From: an uncultured Bacteroidota bacterium
GTDB lineage: Bacteria; Bacteroidota; Bacteroidia; Chitinophagales; Chitinophagaceae
NCBI GenBank assembly: GCA_903824725.1
Contig: CAIJXU010000089.1
Span: forward strand, 1,041 to 65,040
DNA length: 64,000 bases
Direction of reading: 5' to 3'
The notes beneath the pieces are model-generated. The model saw only the letters and a program-made list of their open reading frames with translations. It did not search any database and had not been told where the DNA came from. Shown piece by piece: positions 58,729 to 64,000 of this stretch. A program made the position numbers and the translations under genes. Every line of letters starts with the position of its first letter. The stretch's first letter is position 1.

Positions 58729-60597
58729 ATGGCTAAAATTGGTATTAATATTGCAACAGGTAGTTTACAACAATCCGAAATGATTGTTGGAATTGATTTA
58801 GGGACAACGAATAGTTTAGTAGCCATTATACATCCCGAAACAAAATTGCCAACAGCATTAAAGGAATTTGATGGCAGTAGTATTGTTCCAAGTGTGGTTC
58901 ATTTTGATTCATTTGGAAATGTAGAAGTTGGAGAGCAAGCAAAACCTTTTTTAGAATCAGATCCTCAAAACACCATTTTTAGTGCAAAGCGATTAATGGG
59001 GAAAAGTCATCAAGACATCAGAGCGCATCAAGATTTTTTTGCTTATAAAATTATTGATGACAACAGAGATAGTTTAGTAAAAGTTCAAGTAGGATCTACT
59101 TTTTATTCTCCTATTGATTTATCGTCTTATATATTAGCAGAGCTTAAAAAAAGAGCCGAACATATTTTAAAAACACCTGTCACCAAAGCAGTGATTACTG
59201 TACCTGCTTATTTTAATGATACGCAAAGACAAGCCACGCGCGATGCAGGAAAATTAGCTGGGCTAGATGTTTTACGCATCATCAATGAGCCTACTGCAGC
59301 TAGTTTGGCATATGGATTAGGAATGGATCCTAGCGAAGAAAAAACAATTGCAGTGTATGATTTAGGGGGCGGCACTTTTGATATTTCAATTTTAAAAATT
59401 TCAAATGGTCTGTTTGAAGTTTTAAGTACAAATGGAGACACTTATTTAGGCGGGGACGATTTAGATCGTGCCATTATACAATATTGGATGAAGCAAATGG
59501 GGCTAGATGATTTAGAGGATCATAAATTATTAAAACAACAATTAAGATTAGCTGCTGAAAAAGCTAAAATTGTTTTATCAACTCAAGAATTTTTTGAAAC
59601 AGAATTTGCAGGTGAAAAAATTTCGATTACGCGACAAATCTTTGAAACCTTAATTGAACCCATTGTACAAAATACAATGGATTGCTGTGCTCGAGCGATG
59701 AAGGATGCTGGTTTGCAAATAGCAGATATTAATACAGTGCTCATGGTAGGAGGAAGTACGCGTGTCCCATTAGTTAAAAAAAGTGTTGCTACATTTTTTA
59801 ATCAAGAAGTGAATGATTCGGTGAATCCTGACGAAGTAGTAGCATTAGGTGCGGCTGTTCAAGCAGATATTTTAGCGGGCAATAATCAGTCCATGTTATT
59901 ATTAGATATTACACCATTAAGTTTAGGTATTGAAACCATGGGTGGATTAATGGATGTGTTGCTTCCACGTAATGCAAAAATTCCAACGCAAGCGGCCAGA
60001 CAATACACAACACAAAAAGATGCGCAAACAGGAATTAATATAGCTGTTTATCAAGGTGAGCGTGATTTAGTAAAAGACAATCGACCCTTAGGCGCGTTTA
60101 CATTAAAAGGAATACCCTCCATGCCCGCGGGACTACCCAAAGTAGAAGTCCGTTTTTTAATAAATGCAGATGGCATTTTACAAGTTAGTGCAAAGGAGTT
60201 GCGCAGTGGGGTAAGTCAAACAGTAGACATCAAGCCACAATATGGATTAACTGATGAGGAAGTGGAACAAAGATTATTAGATAGTCTTACCAATGCAAAG
60301 GCGGATATCAGTATGCGTGCCTTAGTAGAAGCTAGGACCGAGGGGGAGCAAATGCTCAGCGTTACAGAGAAGTTCATGATGAAGAATGCGGCCTTGTTAA
60401 CCAAAGATGAAATTTCATTGACAGCTAGCGCTATGCAAGCTTTACAGTTAGCTATAACTATGGAAGACAAGCATTTAATACAGGCCAAAACGGAGGAATT
60501 AAATGATATTTCACGCCCATTTGCCGAAAGGGTAATGGATCAAGCCATTTCTGGGGCTTTGAAAGGAAAGGGAATTGAGGATAAAGATTTACAGTAA
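58729..60597 (+). CDS. hscA: Fe-S assembly Hsp70 chaperone HscA
   Basis: [52 protein letters not shown] (HscA-like rather than DnaK-like C-terminus). Confidence 0.85.
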   Translation: MAKIGINIATGSLQQSEMIVGIDLGTTNSLVAIIHPETKLPTALKEFDGSSIVPSVVHFDSFGNVEVGEQAKPFLESDPQNTIFSAKRLMGKSHQDIRAHQDFFAYKIIDDNRDSLVKVQVGSTFYSPIDLSSYILAELKKRAEHILKTPVTKAVITVPAYFNDTQRQATRDAGKLAGLDVLRIINEPTAASLAYGLGMDPSEEKTIAVYDLGGGTFDISILKISNGLFEVLSTNGDTYLGGDDLDRAIIQYWMKQMGLDDLEDHKLLKQQLRLAAEKAKIVLSTQEFFETEFAGEKISITRQIFETLIEPIVQNTMDCCARAMKDAGLQIADINTVLMVGGSTRVPLVKKSVATFFNQEVNDSVNPDEVVALGAAVQADILAGNNQSMLLLDITPLSLGIETMGGLMDVLLPRNAKIPTQAARQYTTQKDAQTGINIAVYQGERDLVKDNRPLGAFTLKGIPSMPAGLPKVEVRFLINADGILQVSAKELRSGVSQTVDIKPQYGLTDEEVEQRLLDSLTNAKADISMRALVEARTEGEQMLSVTEKFMMKNAALLTKDEISLTASAMQALQLAITMEDKHLIQAKTEELNDISRPFAERVMDQAISGALKGKGIEDKDLQ

Positions 60598-60650
60598 ATT
60601 TGGTATTTTCAAAAGGAATGTTATCTTTGCACTCCTAAATAAAAACGCCT

Positions 60651-60658
60651 GAGGAGGT
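60651..60658 (+). promoter_or_regulatory. Strong Shine-Dalgarno sequence of rpsU
   Basis: GAGGAGGT 7 nt before the ATG at 60666. -7 promoter TATCTTTG at 60622-60629. Confidence 0.8.
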
Positions 60659-60665
60659 ATATATT

Positions 60666-60863
60666 ATGTTAATTATAGATTCAAAAGATTGCGAAAACAT
60701 CGACAAAGCACTTAAAAAGTACAAAAAGAAGTTTGAAAAAAGTAAAACTTTAATAAAGTTACGTGCGCGTCAAGCATTTGTGAAACCATCTGTTAAACGT
60801 CGTTTCGAAGTGTTGAAAGCTGTTTACAAGCAACAAATTTTCAGCGGAAAAATAGAAGGGTAA
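60666..60863 (+). CDS. rpsU: 30S ribosomal protein S21
   Basis: ENIDKALKKYKKK, LRARQAFVKPSVKRR. Confidence 0.95.
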   Translation: MLIIDSKDCENIDKALKKYKKKFEKSKTLIKLRARQAFVKPSVKRRFEVLKAVYKQQIFSGKIEG

Positions 60864-60911
60864 TTCTTATTAATCGTCTTTCTTAAAGACGATTAACCCA
60901 CTAATCATATT

Positions 60912-60950
60912 AAAACCCAACTTAGGTTAAACTAGGTTGGGTTTTTTCTT
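60912..60950 (+). terminator. Intrinsic terminator after rpsU (preceded by a second hairpin at 60870-60896)
   Basis: AAAACCCAACTTAG-GTTAAA-CTAGGTTGGGTTTT followed by TTCTT. Upstream hairpin TTAATCGTCTTT-CTT-AAAGACGATTAA. Confidence 0.75.
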
Positions 60951-60979
60951 TTCATTACATACTGTATCTTTATAAGGCA

Positions 60980-61879
60980 ATGTCATTACAAACGCGCTAT
61001 ACACCTTTAAATGCCTTTTTAACTTATCTCCAATTTGAAAAAAGGTATTCTTCGCATACCATTACAGCGTATTCGAATGACCTTATTCAATTTTTTGATT
61101 TTGTTGAATCGCAATATGATACGATGGTGTTGGAGCAAGTGTCTGGAACCATGGTAAGAACCTGGCTAGCCTCTTTAAAGGAAGCAGCACTTACGGGCAA
61201 GTCGCTCAATCGCAAAATATCTTCGTTAAAATCTTTTTTTAAATTTCAAATACAAAAAGGGGTTTTAACAAAAAGCCCCATGGAGACAGTCACCAGTCCA
61301 AAAATCAGCAAACGATTGCCCGCCTTTGTTGCCGAGAATGACATGGAACAATTATTATTAAATCTTTCATTTGCAGAAGGGTGGAAGGGCTTCACTGAAA
61401 AAATGGTCATACAATTATTTTATGCCACTGGTATGCGATTAAGTGAATTGATTCAATGCAAACAAAATAATGTGGATTTAAATAAAAAGCAAATCAAGGT
61501 ATTAGGAAAAGGGAATAAAGAACGAATACTTCCGATCAGTCCTGAATTAGCATTGGAGTTAAAAAAATATATTAGTCAAAAGCCAGCCGAAGCCGCGGGT
61601 GTTCCTCAATTATTAGTGACTGAAAAAGGGAAAGCATTACAACCAAGAGCAGTCTATACTTTTGTGAAATATTATTTATCACAAGTAACTACATTGCAAA
61701 AGAAAAGTCCACATGTACTTAGGCATAGTTTTGCGACACATTTGATGAACAATGGCGCCGATTTAAATGCAGTAAAGGAATTGCTAGGCCACAGTAGTTT
61801 AGCAGCCACACAAGTATACACACACAATACTATTGAGAAATTAAAAGAAGTATTTGCTAAAGCACATCCCAAAGCCTAA
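60980..61879 (+). CDS. xerC: Tyrosine recombinase XerC
   Basis: TGMRLSEL, GKGNKER, PHVLRHSFATHL, LLGHSSLAATQVYTH. Conserved rpsU-xerC-hpf order. Confidence 0.88.
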   Translation: MSLQTRYTPLNAFLTYLQFEKRYSSHTITAYSNDLIQFFDFVESQYDTMVLEQVSGTMVRTWLASLKEAALTGKSLNRKISSLKSFFKFQIQKGVLTKSPMETVTSPKISKRLPAFVAENDMEQLLLNLSFAEGWKGFTEKMVIQLFYATGMRLSELIQCKQNNVDLNKKQIKVLGKGNKERILPISPELALELKKYISQKPAEAAGVPQLLVTEKGKALQPRAVYTFVKYYLSQVTTLQKKSPHVLRHSFATHLMNNGADLNAVKELLGHSSLAATQVYTHNTIEKLKEVFAKAHPKA

Positions 61880-62058
61880 CTCAAATCAGCAATGCGATAG
61901 GGAATAAATGACCTTCGTCATATTGAAACTTAAAGTTTTCATAAAAGATTTTCTAAATTGAAATTGATTCAAAAAAGTAGTAACTTACTAGTACAGGTGT
62001 AAGTGATGTTACTTCCTGATTAGTTCTTTTCATTTTAATATCAATTAAATTTTATTGT

Positions 62059-62358
62059 ATGAACATCAGTATTCAGACAGTGCATTTTGACGCAGATCAA
62101 AAACTATTAAATTTCGTTCAAAAAAAGTTAGACAAACTCGAAACCTTTCATGATCGAATAACTAAAGTAGAAGTGTATTTAAAATTTGAAAGTTTAGCTC
62201 ATGCGATCAAGGATAAGGTAGTAGAAATTAAAATTCATATTCCCAAACAGGAATGCTTTGTAAAAGCGAGCTCAAAAACTTTTCAAACCTCCTTTGATAA
62301 AGCCTTTGATTCGATCACTAATCAACTAAAAAAGAAAAAAGAACGATTAGCTGCATAA
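62059..62358 (+). CDS. hpf: Ribosome hibernation promoting factor / RaiA
   Basis: IQTVHFDAD, KKLDKL, SFDKAFD..QLKKKK. Confidence 0.88.
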   Translation: MNISIQTVHFDADQKLLNFVQKKLDKLETFHDRITKVEVYLKFESLAHAIKDKVVEIKIHIPKQECFVKASSKTFQTSFDKAFDSITNQLKKKKERLAA

Positions 62359-62523
62359 TTGATCGTATTAAAAATTAAAAAATTCAGCCCATTGTTTCGT
62401 ATTTTTTTACGCGACAGTGGGCTTTTTATTTTCGTATTTACTTAGATTTAACCCACAAGGAGCTTGAATTTGATATTATTTTGGTTTTTACCTTGCTTTT
62501 GGGATAAAATAGTGCCCTAAAAT

Positions 62524-62553
62524 TTTGATAAATAAAGAATTCCATTACCTTTG
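62524..62553 (+). promoter_or_regulatory. Bacteroidota sigma-70 promoter of the tRNA-tuf operon
   Basis: TTTG (62524-62527), N18, TACCTTTG (62546-62553). Confidence 0.7.
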
Positions 62554-62588
62554 CCATCCCAAAATTGGGGATAGTTCTTTTATGTCAT

Positions 62589-62661
62589 GCCGGAATAGCT
62601 CAGTTGGTAGAGCAGCTGATTTGTAATCAGCAGGTCGCGGGTTCGAGTCCCATTTCCGGCT
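62589..62661 (+). tRNA. tRNA-Thr(TGT)
   Basis: GCCGGAA..GCTGA-TTTGTAA-TCAGC..GGTTCGAGTCC..TTCCGGC-T. Confidence 0.95.
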
Positions 62662-62686
62662 CAGAAATGGGTGCGCAATAATTTAG

Positions 62687-62769
<83 letters not shown>

Positions 62770-62842
62770 CAAAAATTGTTGTAACTTGCAGCCTCGTTGG
62801 TGCAGGGGACAATGAGAAGAGTTCTTTATAAATGGAGAAAAT

Positions 62843-62918
62843 GCGGGAGTAGCTCATTTGGTAGAGCGATAGCCTTCCAAGCTATAGGTGGCCAGTTCGA
62901 GCCTGGTCTCCCGCTCCA
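62843..62918 (+). tRNA. tRNA-Gly(TCC)
   Basis: GCGGGAG..TAGC-CTTCCAA-GCTA..AGTTCGAGCCT..CTCCCGC-T-CCA. Confidence 0.95.
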
Positions 62919-62957
62919 ATTGGATTGTTGATGGGAAAGCGCGGTCGGTTACTTAAC

Positions 62958-63029
<72 letters not shown>

Positions 63030-63187
63030 CAAAAAGAAGGTTGGGAAGTGGAAAATGGAAAGTGGAGCAAGAAAAAGTGGGTAGAACTAGGTGGATTGAG
63101 AAGGTTGAATTAATTTTGAAAGCTATGGTTGATGGACTCGGTGGTCTATTGACAGCAATTATAAAAAAAACATAAAAACAAATAAAG

Positions 63188-64000
63188 ATGTCTAAAGAGA
63201 CCTTTAAGAGGGAGAAACCCCACGTAAACGTTGGAACTATTGGCCACGTTGACCATGGTAAAACCACATTAACAGCTGCCATCACAGACGTATTGTCTAA
63301 AAGAGGGTTAGCGACAAAGAAAAACTACGATGAAATTGACGGTGCGCCCGAAGAAAAAGAGCGTGGTATCACTATCAATACAGCACACGTAGAATATCAA
63401 ACTGACTCACGCCACTATGCGCACGTTGACTGTCCAGGTCACGCGGATTATGTTAAAAACATGATCACAGGTGCTGCACAAATGGATGGTGCTATTTTAG
63501 TAGTTGCGGCAACAGATGGTCCTATGCCACAAACTAAAGAGCATATCTTATTGGCTCGTCAGGTAGGTGTTCCTCAAATCGTAGTATTCATGAATAAAGT
63601 TGACTTAGTTGACGATGCTGAATTGTTAGACTTAGTTGAAATGGAAGTTCGTGATTTATTAACTTCTTATGGATTCGATGGTGAAAAAACACCAGTGATC
63701 AGAGGTTCTGCAACAGGTGCATTATCTGGAGATCCAAAATGGACTGCTGCCGTTACAGAGTTAATGGATGCAGTTGATACTTATATTCCTTTGCCTCCTC
63801 GTCCTATTGACCAACCATTCTTGATGTCTGTGGAAGATGTATTCTCTATCACAGGTCGTGGAACAGTTGCTACAGGTCGTATTGAGCGTGGTATTGTGAA
63901 AGTAGGTGAAGCAGTAGAAATCGTAGGTTTGATGGATGCTCCAATGAGCTCAACTGTAACAGGTGTTGAGATGTTTAAAAAATTATTGGATCAAGGTCAA
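63188..64000 (+). CDS. tuf: Elongation factor Tu (3'-truncated by window edge; absent from ORF track)
   Basis: [57 protein letters not shown]. Confidence 0.98.
   Translation, partial: MSKETFKREKPHVNVGTIGHVDHGKTTLTAAITDVLSKRGLATKKNYDEIDGAPEEKERGITINTAHVEYQTDSRHYAHVDCPGHADYVKNMITGAAQMDGAILVVAATDGPMPQTKEHILLARQVGVPQIVVFMNKVDLVDDAELLDLVEMEVRDLLTSYGFDGEKTPVIRGSATGALSGDPKWTAAVTELMDAVDTYIPLPPRPIDQPFLMSVEDVFSITGRGTVATGRIERGIVKVGEAVEIVGLMDAPMSSTVTGVEMFKKLLDQGQ

Noticed and set aside
107-61872. Numerous 60-140 aa ORFs antisense to or nested in long genes
   Set aside because: Shadow ORFs of well-supported genes with no recognisable motifs.
60980-61879. Tyrosine recombinase near a tRNA cluster as a phage/island integrase
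   Set aside because: XerC-like size and motifs in the conserved rpsU-xerC-hpf-tRNA-tuf order; no att repeats or cargo genes.
62636-62653. C-A mismatch in the T-stem of tRNA-Thr(TGT) as a sign of pseudogenisation
   Set aside because: A single mismatch in an otherwise canonical tRNA in the conserved tuf operon; tolerated variation or a base-call error is more likely.
63040-63090. Purine-rich GGAA(A/G)T-like short repeats upstream of tuf
   Set aside because: Only about three degenerate units; low-complexity spacer with no supportable function.

Overview
AT-rich chromosomal window from a Bacteroidota genome. It is probably Chitinophagaceae-like (inference from TAnnTTTG promoters, SusC/SusD, the rpsU-xerC-hpf-tRNA-tuf order and a general lack of Shine-Dalgarno sites). 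Layout: (1) 1-7.1 kb, the end of a polysaccharide utilisation locus (SusC, SusD, GH29 fucosidase, sulfatase). (2) 7-38 kb, mostly housekeeping genes (metZ/metX, lpxB, surE, a non-canonical LexA-like repressor with CTAA-N5-TTAG boxes, guaA, rpsT, mnmA, ssb, lysC, queA, ccmB/C/D, gdhA, amn, tdk, waaA, nucleotide-sugar genes, a SET-domain protein). (3) 38.3-54.7 kb, an accessory catabolic cluster and the most interesting part. It holds three Tat-signal SelA/DgaE-like PLP enzymes, two secreted COG3964-type amidohydrolases, a Tat-signal RidA, a lactonase-Rid fusion, a secreted RraA-like aldolase, a PQQ-type sugar dehydrogenase-cytochrome c lipoprotein, DgoK, a KDPG(al) aldolase and two transporters. 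I read it as a candidate periplasmic oxidative, non-phosphorylative N-acetylhexosamine/amino-sugar-acid pathway; this is a hypothesis. (4) 55-64 kb, tRNA-Gln, tyrS, hscA, rpsU, xerC, hpf, four tRNAs and the 5' part of tuf. No CRISPR array, IS element or prophage was seen. All product calls come from motif recognition by eye, without database searches.
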